A stretch of 64,000 nucleotides of DNA from positions 34,887-98,886 of the IMG/VR virus record IMGVR_UViG_3300032328_000581; one strand, 5' to 3'. Position 1 is the stretch's first letter, and every line of letters begins with the position of its first letter. Below, in pieces: positions 38,201 through 50,462 of this stretch. The position numbers and the translations under genes are program-made. This DNA is from a virus. Its lineage: Duplodnaviria; Caudoviricetes. A model generated the notes under the pieces. The model was given only the letters and a program-made list of their open reading frames with translations, did not search any database and was not told where the DNA came from.

Positions 38201-38575
38201 CAATGAGTATTCAAAGTCAGTATCCATAAGAGACTGTGGCTGAGATGTGCGTAGTTTACCTACGGCATCTTGCAAAGACTCTTCTACGTCTACTACAGTT
38301 GCATAATCATCAATAATTACTTGAATCTTGTCAGTGGACGACATTGCTGCAGTATTGTACTCAAGTACAATGTGCGTTGAAATATCCGCACCATTTTGCT
38401 CGCGTGTCCAGCTAGTGTATCCTAGATTTGGATCCGAAAAGTTGTAGATAACAATATTCTTTGTTACGTTTGTAATCAACATTAAGCGTTGAGGTTGAAG
38501 GTTTCTAGTAATAATGATGGTTTTTGTAGCAGGATTAAATGAATAGTCCTCTTCAAACATTACATTTCTTGACAC
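35282..38575 (-). CDS. Large virion structural protein (1097 aa)
   Basis: LMLITNVTKNIVIYNFSDP N-terminus, RQTRRYFRYQSGKG, YIDYSWYGAG, HWGSSVIMDGRFD: motifs of large aquatic-phage fibre proteins. Confidence 0.7.
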   Translation of the reverse strand: MSRNVMFEEDYSFNPATKTIIITRNLQPQRLMLITNVTKNIVIYNFSDPNLGYTSWTREQNGADISTHIVLEYNTAAMSSTDKIQVIIDDYATVVDVEESLQDAVGKLRTSQPQSLMDTDFEYSLQPSKWESLFLTSNYPSFFPKGSGGNSFEVTSLSANGLGPRSTVTVTTAQPHGLVAGNIVSVQDAQSGLVEGTFLIASLVSGTQFTYVCKGVVGGELVNVGTTSVYGGDIFDNAHIPGGVNTSNSLGIPGGLNSLRPWNATSNGNSPSSQVTIVFETPHGLYPGTQIVVSNTNSFDGTYAITSTPTTRTAIIDLGRVQTSVVVPNTAVIIAKSDGYIIHRPADGGVQLTTYNNVPGSSTIRQTRRYFRYQSGKGIQYSTGSKFTPTFDIQQYVLNAGNVGTQFATITTQQDHCLQVGAKIFIEGMEVSRASSYNPFNGNFVVSQVVNSKTLRINLNITATVPSIDLTPAGLGFLTVYEWDGGVTRTGMFDDQNGFFFEFDGQGLSVCRRHSEKEIMGRVSVTTNSNIVTGIGTQFRKQLLVGESLVIRGGSYRIIAIGSDTQLFISPAYRGASAANVRALLTQTKRFRQSDWNIDKLDGTGPSGFELDTKKMQMVYIDYSWYGAGFIRYGVRGVAGDIVYFHQIANNNKNVAAYQRSGNLPARYEVANDPIKFSRAIAGASGTIGSSIEANHTSMWVEDAAYWPASGTILVQDVTNIELMTYSSIGSYDPVKQGYQLNGLQRRRSVTINFPDQNFTYSGTTLPVVFTPDSSINGSGGDAQVSVQPINQTCAPMLSHWGSSVIMDGRFDNDQNYIFTGGMTKYLSIPAGTTRPLLAIRLAPSVDNGLARNFGVRELTNRMQLQLASMGVQTNGSFRLDGILNPSFLSYTAHTTTAMAAARTATGVSGNPFIVITDVKGTNGIVPGMLVSGTNIGASGTNTVNYTAGDRVYLTTANSGTVNTTVTFTPRVAYTGLPNDWTKDLISGGSLAQVLYFDNTGPGAGDVPASGVPSGLSSGGDSVISVFTENGSASSYNVTAVDLRAIRELGNSILGGNGNPLTPSFPNGPDILVITATNIGAVASNISARISWTEAQA

Positions 38576-38587
38576 TTAGGTTCCTTC

Positions 38588-38991
38588 CTAAATCAGTGTA
38601 ATCGGTGAGATAACAGTAGTAGTAGTTGCCGCACTTCCTGCAGTAGCAGTCTTAGGAAAATAAATACCTAAGTTTAATAGTGCATCCATTTTTAAAAGTT
38701 CTCCAACGCCGCCATCACCAGCTACACCTCTTGCGCCTGTTTCTCCGCGAGATCCAGTCGCACCCGTACTTCCTGTGCCACCAGTAGGGCCTGTTGCTCC
38801 GGGACTTCCCGCAGCACCCGTAGCACCAGCTGCACCGGAAGAGTATGGCAGACCAGTCCACTGATTTACACCGTTACCTACTTTAAATTTTCCGGTATCG
38901 GTTTCTAAACCCAGCTCTCCTTCAGCAAGTGTGGGATTAGTAGACGTCCAGTTTGCAGCCAACCCTCTTCGAAGTTGAATTTTTACTGTCA

Positions 38992-38992
<1 letters not shown>
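38588..38992 (-). CDS. Mtd N-terminal-like domain plus short collagen repeat
   Basis: IQLRRG.AANWTSTNPTLAEGELGLETDTGKFKVGNG...W..LPY followed by G-X-T triplets. Confidence 0.75.
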
Positions 38993-41977
<2,985 letters not shown>

Positions 41978-42004
41978 TAATCCTCCAACTAAGTTTCAAA
42001 ACCT

Positions 42005-42039
42005 ATCATCTAACAAGTTACAGGATAAGTCACGGTAAA
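42005..42039 (-). promoter_or_regulatory. Candidate late promoter TTTACC-N23-GATGAT
   Basis: Shared spacing motif. Confidence 0.45.
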
Positions 42040-42083
42040 AAAGGGCCCGCCCCGACATGAGGGCAGCTCTGTCGAAGCGGGCG
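42037..42083 (-). terminator. Terminator after capsid-associated gene
   Basis: GCCCGCTTCGACA/TGTCGGGGCGGGC stem followed by CCTTTTTT. Confidence 0.65.
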
Positions 42084-42099
42084 ATCTATTAGCGCTTCT

Positions 42100-42465
42100 T
42101 TACATGCGATCGTACAAATATCCCTTTTCTTGGAGATGTACAGCTACATGCTTTGCTACTTTGTACTTTTGACCGGCTTTGAAAGAAAAGTGATTTCCTA
42201 CGCCAATCGTTACAAAATCTAAATCTTCTGCAACCCGAATTACCTGAGCGTCATCAGCAAGGTCTACGCCTACGCTTTCAACTTCATCGATTACTGTTGC
42301 TTCGCCCTTAACTGTCAAATCAAGAACTTCTGTTTCCATCTTAGCTGCAGCCGCTGCTGTAGCCATTGACATTTCATTTGCGCGTTCTGCCAGCGCATCT
42401 GCGTTAAGTCTAATCTGTTCTTCACGCTGACGTCCAGTGACGTCGGTTACTTTTGCTTTTGCCAC
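42100..42465 (-). CDS. Capsid-associated hypothetical protein
   Basis: FKAGQKYKV..HVA.HL.EKGY C-terminus; follows the capsid gene; AGGAG RBS. Confidence 0.65.
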   Translation of the reverse strand: MAKAKVTDVTGRQREEQIRLNADALAERANEMSMATAAAAAKMETEVLDLTVKGEATVIDEVESVGVDLADDAQVIRVAEDLDFVTIGVGNHFSFKAGQKYKVAKHVAVHLQEKGYLYDRM

Positions 42466-42490
42466 GATTATTATTCTCCTGTAAGTTTGT

Positions 42491-42526
42491 GTTGGGGGGC
42501 TGGATTTTTAGGCCCAGCCCCCTAAC
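42491..42526 (-). terminator. Strong hairpin after major capsid gene (terminator or stabiliser)
   Basis: GTTAGGGGGCTGG/CCAGCCCCCCAAC stem, no U-tract. Confidence 0.5.
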
Positions 42527-42534
42527 GGGTTAAA

Positions 42535-43611
42535 TTAGTTTGTTTCTGCTAGAACTACAGACTGATCTGTAATAAGACCAAGACCGTAAATAGCGTACCA
42601 AGCAAGCGCGTGCTCACGTCCGAAGTCAAGAATACCGCCATCGCGGAGTTCGACTGGAAGAGAGATTGCGTGACCGAATGCGTTATCTCCAATGAAGATA
42701 GCTGTATAGCGGTCCTTGTTACCGTTACCTGTCTTTGTTACTGGTGATGTGTATCCTCCACCAGTTGGGTAAACGATTGATCCTGCTGCTACAGCTGTAT
42801 CAGCTGAGTAGCCTGAACCTGCACCGTTTGTTACCTTTTGAATCTGTGTTGTCTCGATGAATACTGTGTCGTATAGACGACCAATTTCACCAAGCATGAA
42901 GTTACCTGGAGCTGCGTACTTTGTAACTTCAATGAATTCTGGATTGTCACGAAGCTTACGGCTTTGGTGTGGGTGAATGAAAGCAACATATGTCTCACCT
43001 AGGCGAGGGATGTTCTTGGTTGCAAGTGTTTCTACTGCATCCTTAACAACGCCAGTTGTAAGATCAAATGCACCTGTTAGAGATGCACGGTTTGTGCCTG
43101 CTGTACCTGTTCCGTACCAGTCATTAGCAGCTGAAAGACCTGAGCGGTCGTAGCCGTAGATAACTGAAGATGCGGCCATGAGCGTGTCACGAGCCTGACC
43201 ATCTAGATAAAGGGCCATGTTGCGGCCTAGAAGACGTGAGGCTGATGCCATTACGTCATCGAATGAAGCGTTCAATAGAAGCTCAGATACAGCAATTGCA
43301 TAGCCATGCTCTGCAACTGTGATTGAGAACTGTTGAGCTGTTAGAGCGTTAGTTGACATACGAACACCTTCAACGAGTGAACCCGCGAAGCCGAGGTTGT
43401 TGTAACGCATAAAGTTAATCTGTAGACCAGGTGCAACACCGAGTTCTGTCTTCTTAACAGCGAACTGTTCGAAGCGAAGAATTGGCATTGACTGGAAAAG
43501 GATTTCCTTTGACCAGATGGTCTGAATTGCTTGTGTAAGCTGGCTATTAGCGCCAGAGTACGCTGTTGGGGCTGCGGCTAAATTGCCGGTACCGGTTACG
43601 GCTGATGCCAT
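42535..43611 (-). CDS. Major capsid protein (N4 gp56-like, HK97 fold)
   Basis: WSKEILFQ.MP.LRFEQFA, EHGYA, YVAFIHPHQ, GEIGRL...FIET, DFGREH.LAWY; follows scaffold. Confidence 0.9.
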   Translation of the reverse strand: MASAVTGTGNLAAAPTAYSGANSQLTQAIQTIWSKEILFQSMPILRFEQFAVKKTELGVAPGLQINFMRYNNLGFAGSLVEGVRMSTNALTAQQFSITVAEHGYAIAVSELLLNASFDDVMASASRLLGRNMALYLDGQARDTLMAASSVIYGYDRSGLSAANDWYGTGTAGTNRASLTGAFDLTTGVVKDAVETLATKNIPRLGETYVAFIHPHQSRKLRDNPEFIEVTKYAAPGNFMLGEIGRLYDTVFIETTQIQKVTNGAGSGYSADTAVAAGSIVYPTGGGYTSPVTKTGNGNKDRYTAIFIGDNAFGHAISLPVELRDGGILDFGREHALAWYAIYGLGLITDQSVVLAETN

Positions 43612-43655
43612 GTTGGTGTTACTCCTTAGTCATTGATGAATAGATTGTGGTATTA

Positions 43656-44420
43656 CTACCCGAAAATTCCCTTGCCACTGCTAGCTGCTGCGTTTCCGAG
43701 CAACTTTCCGCGATACTTCGCATACTCAGCAACAGACATATTGGCAATTTGTTCTGCCGTAAACTGTTGTTGATCTGCGGTTGTGTCTAGAGTTGGAGGT
43801 AACGTAGTTCGTGTTCCTGCCATCTCTCTACGCAAACTTTGCGTAGCTGCCTGTGTAGAGTCAAGAATGCGAGTTGATCGCTCCTTAAGGCCTGAAATGC
43901 TAGCTTCAATCTCATCAGAGTTGTTACCTGAAATAAGATCAAGTAACTCAGGAAGAATATTATCCTGTTCTTGTGAGATGCGTGTGTTCCGATACTCAGT
44001 TAATTCTGAGTATTGGCGTTCACGCTCAAGAAGGAGAAAAGCCTTTTCACGCTCTAAACGTTCAGCTTCTAGTTTCTCCGCCCACTCTTTTTCTTTAGTT
44101 TCAAGAAGTTGACGGACATCCATCTCAGCCTCTGCCTTTTTACGGTTTTCAGCTTCTTGCTCTGCACGAAGTTTGTCAGCTTCTGCGAGTCGTTCTTCGC
44201 GCTCCTTCTTCAGAACAGTAAGTTCTTCCTTTAGAGAATCTATCTGGGGGTAGAGCTTCGATTTCTCTTGCTCACGTACCCTCTTTAGATCTTCTTCCGA
44301 ATAAGATTTAGGAGACTGCGATTGGATGGGTGTAACGAGGTTTTCTGTTGGTGCTGGCACATCTTGCAAGAAAGCTTCCTGCGCAATTGCTGAACCAACT
44401 ATTTCGGTTGTTTCTGACAT
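43656..44420 (-). CDS. Capsid scaffolding protein
   Basis: Long E/K/R coiled coil, MSVAEYAKYR C-terminus; between portal and capsid genes. Confidence 0.8.
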   Translation of the reverse strand: MSETTEIVGSAIAQEAFLQDVPAPTENLVTPIQSQSPKSYSEEDLKRVREQEKSKLYPQIDSLKEELTVLKKEREERLAEADKLRAEQEAENRKKAEAEMDVRQLLETKEKEWAEKLEAERLEREKAFLLLERERQYSELTEYRNTRISQEQDNILPELLDLISGNNSDEIEASISGLKERSTRILDSTQAATQSLRREMAGTRTTLPPTLDTTADQQQFTAEQIANMSVAEYAKYRGKLLGNAAASSGKGIFG

Positions 44421-44494
44421 GATTATTCCTTAGGTGTAAGAGGTCGTTGTCCGAATTAGTGCCACGATGACCTGCGGATTTTTTTAGTGTGTAT

Positions 44495-44530
44495 AGCCTG
44501 ACAAATATTGCTTAGTTTGTCAGCCTAAAC
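44495..44530 (-). promoter_or_regulatory. Candidate late promoter GTTTAGG-N23-CAGGCT overlapping an inverted repeat
   Basis: Shared motif; CTGACAAA/TTTGTCAG inverted repeat in the spacer. Confidence 0.5.
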
Positions 44531-44534
44531 TGTA

Positions 44535-46244
44535 TTACCCTGCTCCAGGGTATTTGTTATCGTCATCCACGCCCTTGCGAGATGGAAGCTTAGTTCCATA
44601 GGCTTTGGTGACGAGTTCTGTCTGCATCTGCTCGATTGTTTGAGCTTCGAATGGGGTTACTATTCCAGGTTGGCCAGTAGGTCCTGGACCCGTTCCATCG
44701 CCAGTATCCGCCCCAGGTGGAAGTTCCCCGCCACCGTCTGGAAGAAGCCCCGTTAGGGATGCAATAGCTGCGTTTATTTGAGATTTATAGAGGTTCAATG
44801 CGCCGTCTGACTTAGCGTCCTCAATAAGTTCTACACGAATTTCTTCAAGCTTTTCAGCCGGGAATTCTTCGCCTAAGGTTCTTAGGGCTCCTTGACGGCT
44901 CTCTAGGTTCATAGACATCTTAGTTTGAATCTCATTTAATACGATGAGTTTGTCTAGTGGTAGAGGTTGTGGGAAGTGAACAATGCTCTCATATGTCATT
45001 GAATCATCTGGGTTAAGAACTGGGTACTGATCCCCACGAATAGGGCCGTTAACATCAGGGTTATAGGTAAGTAGCTCAGGTTCTTTTAGGGAGATAGTAA
45101 GAAGGACTAGTTCGTTAATTCGACGAAGTCCTTCGCCATATTGAACAATCTTTTGTTGGTATCGGTTCATCAAAGGCTGGAACTGAATTGCCAAGGCTGT
45201 TCCTGAAGTATTAGAAATAGGTTGGATTTGACCCAAAGCAGTTTCTGGGATTCCAATCATTTCATGCATAGCTCTTTTGATCATTTCTAGATAACGCATT
45301 GCGCCGTCAAGTCCTGCGCCTCCGCCTTCTAGATTAAAGACTTGAGCGTCTTTTGGTAGCCCGCCCCAGACCTTCTTCGGACCTTTTTCAAGGGAAGAGG
45401 CCTTAGCACCGGTGATAACTGTAACGGGTGCCGCATGGTAGTTAATGATGTCTGCTATATCTGTAGCTACTTCGTTATAATTACGATTAAGAACAATTAA
45501 GTCGTGACAATCAGAAAGCCCCCATGGGGATCCGGATACTCTTACATTTGGAATATGAATGATTGGTACTAGACCGATTGGGTTTGGTCGAGAGTCAATA
45601 AGCTCATCGTTAATGTATTCTTCAATACGATCATCGGTAAGAATTTCAGTGTAGGTATATACCTGGCGAGTTCCCTCTAGAGAGGTTCCCCAGAAACGGT
45701 ACTTAAGCTTAAAACGAATAAGTCTAGAGCGATCGTGTGGGTGAAACTCAGGGAAGCAGAAAGATGCGTTTAGCGGTAGGATTCTTACTCGTCCGGGATG
45801 CTTACGTCCTGATGGATCTTCATAAGCCTCTTCATAGGCTACCTTAACAAAACAGTCTCCTGATACTCCGCCTTGCTGGCCCATCTCCCAAAGCACGCCG
45901 TGCTTATCATTGTCAGTTTCCCATACTCGCTTTAGGATGTCTGGGATGATGGCTTCTGTTGCGTGCGGGCTACGGAATGTTGCTCCGCGACCAAAAGTAA
46001 AGTTAATTAAATAATCTGTAAATGCTCGGTAATAGTTATAAACCATTTGAGCTTCACCAAGCTCACGTCGGTATGGCCAATGGTGGCCTAGGTACATTGC
46101 CCAGTTTAATGAATAACGATTTAGTCGTGGGCCGTGGACTTCAAACTCTTCATCTGCAAGTTCTACAAGACCTAGTGGTGAAATGGAGATAGTTAAGTCA
46201 GACGACGCTGCCCTATAACTCGGAGGACTAAAATCAATACTCAT
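44535..46244 (-). CDS. Portal protein (SPP1 gp6-like)
   Basis: NPIGLVPIIHIPN, WGLSD, SGTALAIQFQPL; between terminase and scaffold. Confidence 0.9.
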   Translation of the reverse strand: MSIDFSPPSYRAASSDLTISISPLGLVELADEEFEVHGPRLNRYSLNWAMYLGHHWPYRRELGEAQMVYNYYRAFTDYLINFTFGRGATFRSPHATEAIIPDILKRVWETDNDKHGVLWEMGQQGGVSGDCFVKVAYEEAYEDPSGRKHPGRVRILPLNASFCFPEFHPHDRSRLIRFKLKYRFWGTSLEGTRQVYTYTEILTDDRIEEYINDELIDSRPNPIGLVPIIHIPNVRVSGSPWGLSDCHDLIVLNRNYNEVATDIADIINYHAAPVTVITGAKASSLEKGPKKVWGGLPKDAQVFNLEGGGAGLDGAMRYLEMIKRAMHEMIGIPETALGQIQPISNTSGTALAIQFQPLMNRYQQKIVQYGEGLRRINELVLLTISLKEPELLTYNPDVNGPIRGDQYPVLNPDDSMTYESIVHFPQPLPLDKLIVLNEIQTKMSMNLESRQGALRTLGEEFPAEKLEEIRVELIEDAKSDGALNLYKSQINAAIASLTGLLPDGGGELPPGADTGDGTGPGPTGQPGIVTPFEAQTIEQMQTELVTKAYGTKLPSRKGVDDDNKYPGAG

Positions 46245-46247
46245 GTA

Positions 46248-46517
46248 TTAAACTAACCCTTCATTTTTCTTGTCTCGTTTAATTTTTGCAATCTTAGCTT
46301 TTTTCTTTTTTACTTCTTCAGTCTTTACATCTCTAAATTTAGCTGGTACTTCTGACTTCGAAGATACCCATTGCCCACCCTGTTTAGAATATTGTTCTGA
46401 TGCCCATTTATTAGCTGCAAACGATGTTGAAGCAAGGGGACTTCTCGGTGGATATTTACTTTTTGCCTGACGCATTATGCTGTTCCACAATTTTTGGTTC
46501 TCAGCAACTTTAGCCAT
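46248..46517 (-). CDS. Small basic protein
   Basis: N.KLW...AKSKY...ANKWASEQY.KQGG.W; Lys-rich tail. Confidence 0.65.
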   Translation of the reverse strand: MAKVAENQKLWNSIMRQAKSKYPPRSPLASTSFAANKWASEQYSKQGGQWVSSKSEVPAKFRDVKTEEVKKKKAKIAKIKRDKKNEGLV

Positions 46518-46530
46518 TTAAGCTCTCCTA

Positions 46531-46586
46531 AATAAAAATAAGGGGGTGCCCGACTTCGGAGAAGGGGTACAAAGTCGGGTACCCAC
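46531..46586 (-). terminator. Terminator-like hairpin
   Basis: GGGTACCCGACTT/AAGTCGGGCACCC stem then TTATTTTTATTT. Confidence 0.6.
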
Positions 46587-46601
46587 CTAAGTGTATCTTA
46601 C

Positions 46602-47009
46602 TTAGTCGTTAACTCGAGCCGGGTTAGCACGTTGGTAACGTGATCCTGTGCGGAACACTTCTTCAAAGCTTGCTTCTGCATAGTCTTGGAAGTTACCGTT
46701 TTCGTACTCAGCAATATATGTTGGTGCTTCTACCCAGGCTGCTGAACCGACATGAGCGCGCTCGCCCATTGTCTCTTCGGCTGTCTTTGTGTGCACAGCT
46801 TCATTGTGGTTCGGACGACCTGCTGGGGTGTCGTACCCCTGATTAATTCCGGTTTGGAATTCGTTCGGAACATCTGTGTCTGTTGCAACGCCTTCTTCGA
46901 AACGAAGTGGTCCGCGAAGTCCCGCAGAAGCTGGTGACATCTTACGCTCGTAAGAAGCACCGACTCTTTCAGGGAATCCTGGGTTAGGCGCAATTGTTGA
47001 TTCTGCCAT
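46602..47009 (-). CDS. Hypothetical head-module protein
   Basis: AGGAG RBS; RGPLRFEEG, ERAHVGSAAWVEAP. Confidence 0.7.
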   Translation of the reverse strand: MAESTIAPNPGFPERVGASYERKMSPASAGLRGPLRFEEGVATDTDVPNEFQTGINQGYDTPAGRPNHNEAVHTKTAEETMGERAHVGSAAWVEAPTYIAEYENGNFQDYAEASFEEVFRTGSRYQRANPARVND

Positions 47010-47050
47010 GTTTTTTTCTCCTATAGGTGTGGATTGAGGTCCTCGGGAAT

Positions 47051-47086
47051 AGTCTCCACCTAAATTAAGGTTTTGTTTCCCTAAAC
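47051..47086 (-). promoter_or_regulatory. Candidate late promoter GTTTAGG-N23-GAGACT
   Basis: Shared motif. Confidence 0.5.
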
Positions 47087-47096
47087 GGATATAGAT

Positions 47097-48788
47097 TTAC
47101 TTAAAAAACGGGGATGAGCTTACTTCTACAGTAGGCATAACTAATTCTTGAGTTAAAGAACAGGCCAGGGCCAAGGAGTCTACAAAGTCATCGTGGGCGT
47201 GGGCCTCGTCTGGGGCAGCTACCAAAAAGTTAGGTCCTTTATACTGAACTTCGGCATCCACCATTTGTTGGTAGAACCTTTTCCAAATACGGAGTCGTCT
47301 AGTTTTAGCATGGGCTGGCCAAGAGATCAACTGTCGTTGAATCAAGGCTTGCATATGCTTCCAACGTTTAGACTGTTCTGTAGGGCTGGAGGTTACAGAT
47401 ATAACCTCGGCCCTAGGAAGAAGCATTTTTAGTCGTTGAGCTACGGCATCACCAACGCCATTAGCATCTACGGCTACCGCATATACGTCATAGTTTCCTA
47501 AGAAGTTTACGATTTGAAAATACTGTTCTTCCCAGTCGTCGCCCTGGATTTCTAGCCAGTTTAAGATTCGATGGTCGTAATACCCAAATTCATCAGGGCG
47601 ATCCCAGTCAACCCATACAACCGTAACAACTGTTGAGTCCATCTTACGGGCAGGATCAATACCTACCACAACTGGGGACATGTGGTATGACTTTTGAACT
47701 TCTTGAGAGGTGTCTCCTAAATCATCCATAACCGTAGAAGTTACAAACATTCCTCGTTCTAAGAGCCACTTGCAGTTGTAGGACATCTGAAATTCATCAG
47801 ACTCCTCGCCAACTCGAAGCATCTCTTTACGGATAAACTTCTCATAGTTAGCATTGAACTTAGCTACGTCTTTCCAGTCCCATTGAAAATGGTTCTGCTT
47901 TCCATTACGACCGGTCTGCCTACGCTTGTTTAATTGGATAGCGCGATAAAAGTTATTCTTGGTGTTGGTTGGGGTGCCAGTTTTTACCATAGTAGCGTTG
48001 TAGTACGCTCCCATAGGGGAGATAGATTTAGCTACGATAAAGTCGTCAGCTTCTTGGCACTCATCAATAATCATGAGATGGAAAGACTTAGATTCAATCT
48101 TAGCTCTTGGGTTTGCTGTCATCATCATCAGGGTAGAGCCTGAGTTCTTTAATTTAATGTTTCTAGTAACACCCGGGCTTTTTGCAGTAAAGTCGTCAAT
48201 TTCCGGATCACCCAAAATATCTAAAGCGTGCTCGCTTGTAAGTCTAGATACGGTTCTTGAATACAAAGTTTCCGCCTGGGCCTGAACAGGAGCAAACATA
48301 CCCACCCAAATTCCATCACCAAACTTGCCTAAAAGATCGGGGTACATCTTGGCTAGTCTAGGTAATATGACCATCAAAGTAGCAACGGTATCCGCAACAG
48401 TCTCAGACTTTCCAGACTGACGTGACGCTAAAGCGGTTATCTCTTCGCCGTCATTAATAATTACGGACTCAATAATTCTTCTAGCTAATGGCTTCTGATA
48501 TGGGTGCAGATCGTGTCCGACTAGCAACTTCATAAAAGACATAATTTTGTCTACAAGTGATGTAACGAATTCTCTAGAGAGCTCATCCAGCCCATCATCT
48601 TCGTTTTCAAGGTCTTCGTCGCTAAGGGGAGTAAAATCGTTGCTAGCATCATTATGAGAATACTGATTGTCATCTTCTTCATCTTCTTGCTCTTCTTCAA
48701 ACTCTTCAAGCTCATCCTCCTCATCAAGAAAGTCTTCTATATACTCATCAGCGAGCTCAGTAGGTACGTACAGCTCATCATTTGACAT
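47097..48788 (-). CDS. terL: Terminase large subunit
   Basis: LHPYQ, SRQSGKS Walker A, IIDECQ Walker B, TGTP, VGIDPA nuclease, HDDFVDSLA. Confidence 0.93.
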   Translation of the reverse strand: MSNDELYVPTELADEYIEDFLDEEDELEEFEEEQEDEEDDNQYSHNDASNDFTPLSDEDLENEDDGLDELSREFVTSLVDKIMSFMKLLVGHDLHPYQKPLARRIIESVIINDGEEITALASRQSGKSETVADTVATLMVILPRLAKMYPDLLGKFGDGIWVGMFAPVQAQAETLYSRTVSRLTSEHALDILGDPEIDDFTAKSPGVTRNIKLKNSGSTLMMMTANPRAKIESKSFHLMIIDECQEADDFIVAKSISPMGAYYNATMVKTGTPTNTKNNFYRAIQLNKRRQTGRNGKQNHFQWDWKDVAKFNANYEKFIRKEMLRVGEESDEFQMSYNCKWLLERGMFVTSTVMDDLGDTSQEVQKSYHMSPVVVGIDPARKMDSTVVTVVWVDWDRPDEFGYYDHRILNWLEIQGDDWEEQYFQIVNFLGNYDVYAVAVDANGVGDAVAQRLKMLLPRAEVISVTSSPTEQSKRWKHMQALIQRQLISWPAHAKTRRLRIWKRFYQQMVDAEVQYKGPNFLVAAPDEAHAHDDFVDSLALACSLTQELVMPTVEVSSSPFFK

Positions 48789-49038
48789 TCTCTCTCCGAT
48801 GTACTACTTCTAATGCTTCAAAAAGTACTTCTGCGGCCAATTTAGCCTCATCTAGATAAAAGCCATTCTTTTGCTTTTTCCAGGAAGATATGTTTCTTGC
48901 TATGTCATAGATAGACGTTTCAGCCCAAGCAAGTAAATCTTCGTTACTTAATAGCTGTATGCGCTTCTGTATACGAGTTAGCTCGCGCTTTGCTGACTTC
49001 TTCTTACTGAACTTTATCTGAATCATTCGCTGCCCCAA
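48778..49038 (-). CDS. Hypothetical helical protein upstream of terminase
   Basis: Overlaps the terL start; small and helical. Confidence 0.6.
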   Translation of the reverse strand: MGQRMIQIKFSKKKSAKRELTRIQKRIQLLSNEDLLAWAETSIYDIARNISSWKKQKNGFYLDEAKLAAEVLFEALEVVHRRENVK

Positions 49039-49309
49039 GTCTAATATTGTCCCAGTCTACCTCATCTTTAGTCAAGCTTCGTCCATTGATAGCGTAGGTT
49101 AAGGCTTCACCTTCAGTAAACCCAGTTTTGCTCCACTTACCGACAACTAGGCCTTTTTTGCTTAGTGGTAGGCGCAGTGCGATTCCTCGGCCGTGTCTAA
49201 ACGGATGCTCAATTTCTTGAGTTTCAGCTTTTTCAACTAGCTCTTTAGGTTTAAAAGAATAGGTAATTCCATGCCAGTAGAACATTCCAAGATCCTTAGT
49301 CTTTGCCAT
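49004..49309 (-). CDS. Hypothetical protein
   Basis: 101 aa, TAATG coupling. Confidence 0.6.
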   Translation of the reverse strand: MAKTKDLGMFYWHGITYSFKPKELVEKAETQEIEHPFRHGRGIALRLPLSKKGLVVGKWSKTGFTEGEALTYAINGRSLTKDEVDWDNIRLGAANDSDKVQ

Positions 49310-49941
49310 TATTTTTTCCTTCTAACTGCTTTGCCAATTTGTGCCGTTCTATAAGACTTATATGCCACATACTGTAGCTGAGAAGGTATTTGAGACCTAT
49401 CAGCATAGCCCCTAGGTTTGTTATCTAATACATTTTTAATGTATTCCCATTTACTAGGGAGGCCCTTAAAATCTACCCACTCGCCGTCTTCTACGTCATA
49501 GTAGTTGTAAATTACTCCCGTACTAAACACTATAGTTAAAACTTTTCTGTTCTTGTCATAGGCAGCAGCTACAGTTCTCGGTCTATCTGGATTACTGGTT
49601 GCGGTAGGAGTTTCAATATCTGGACCACTAAAGTCCGCAATTCCATATAAATCTGCATCTTCAGGCTCAAGTAAATTACCTGAATCCCCATAGTATTGTC
49701 TAAGATCGTACCTGTAATCTACAAGGTTGTTAGGCATACCCGGTTGAGTTGTACCAAAAACTTCATCTGCTTCTCTTAAATACTGCCTATCTTTTACTAT
49801 GTCTGACTCTACGGATCTAGATACAAGCTTATTTTTAGATATCTGTTCTGCTCTAGCTTGGTCAGATGCACCTAAACGTGATCCTCGGCTTAATTCAACC
49901 TCCATGATTTTTCGGTATTGCTCCGCTAAAGACTCAGACAT
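49309..49941 (-). CDS. KTSC-domain protein
   Basis: AAYDKNRKVLTIVFSTGVIYNYYDV....W..F....SKWEYI. Confidence 0.75.
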   Translation of the reverse strand: MSESLAEQYRKIMEVELSRGSRLGASDQARAEQISKNKLVSRSVESDIVKDRQYLREADEVFGTTQPGMPNNLVDYRYDLRQYYGDSGNLLEPEDADLYGIADFSGPDIETPTATSNPDRPRTVAAAYDKNRKVLTIVFSTGVIYNYYDVEDGEWVDFKGLPSKWEYIKNVLDNKPRGYADRSQIPSQLQYVAYKSYRTAQIGKAVRRKK

Positions 49942-49947
49942 ATAAGG

Positions 49948-50211
49948 CTACTCCTCGCAGGTATGTGTTTCTAGCTGTGCTTCAGAAACAAGAGTAGAGC
50001 AATCGTTGCATCTAAACCACTTTGTTGCTTTAAAGTTATTTTGGGCTGTACCTTCAACCGGGATGTCATCCCCGCCTTCTTCAGGCTGTCTCTGGTAGTC
50101 CCACACTATCTTCGGCTCCGCCAGTACTTCCGGTGGGAAGGGGCCCCGAGGTTGGTGCACTTTGTTCGGAACTGGGTGTATCTGTCTGGTTGCTATTCTT
50201 TCGACTCTCAT
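49948..50211 (-). CDS. Hypothetical protein with C-terminal zinc finger
   Basis: FRCNDC...L.THTC. Confidence 0.6.
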   Translation of the reverse strand: MRVERIATRQIHPVPNKVHQPRGPFPPEVLAEPKIVWDYQRQPEEGGDDIPVEGTAQNNFKATKWFRCNDCSTLVSEAQLETHTCEE

Positions 50212-50380
50212 TTTTAGATCCTCCCGTAGGTTTTGGCTTATTTAAAACTTCTACGTGTGGGGGTAGAAAGCTGGTGTTTACAAACCAAGGCAAGTTGTCT
50301 ATGCAGAAGTACTGAACCTCTGCTCCAGGGTTATTGAACTTAAATTGGGCTTCATTACCACAAATTACGCATTTTGCCAT
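50081..50380 (-). CDS. Hypothetical protein with N-terminal Cys cluster
   Basis: MAKCVICG...YFC; RBS AAGGCGG; long overlap with the next gene. Confidence 0.5.
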   Translation of the reverse strand: MAKCVICGNEAQFKFNNPGAEVQYFCIDNLPWFVNTSFLPPHVEVLNKPKPTGGSKNESRKNSNQTDTPSSEQSAPTSGPLPTGSTGGAEDSVGLPETA

Positions 50381-50426
50381 ATTTTACCGCCTTTCAATGA
50401 AATATAAGTTTACCGCACATTCCTGG

Positions 50427-50456
50427 TTGCAGACCCCCTGTAGTTACTGCTACGGT
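50427..50456 (+). promoter_or_regulatory. Host-type promoter TTGCAG-N18-TACGGT with TG extension
   Basis: Upstream of the only plus-strand gene in the late region; divergent TAAACT on minus strand at 50407-50412. Confidence 0.5.
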
Positions 50457-50462
50457 ATATCC

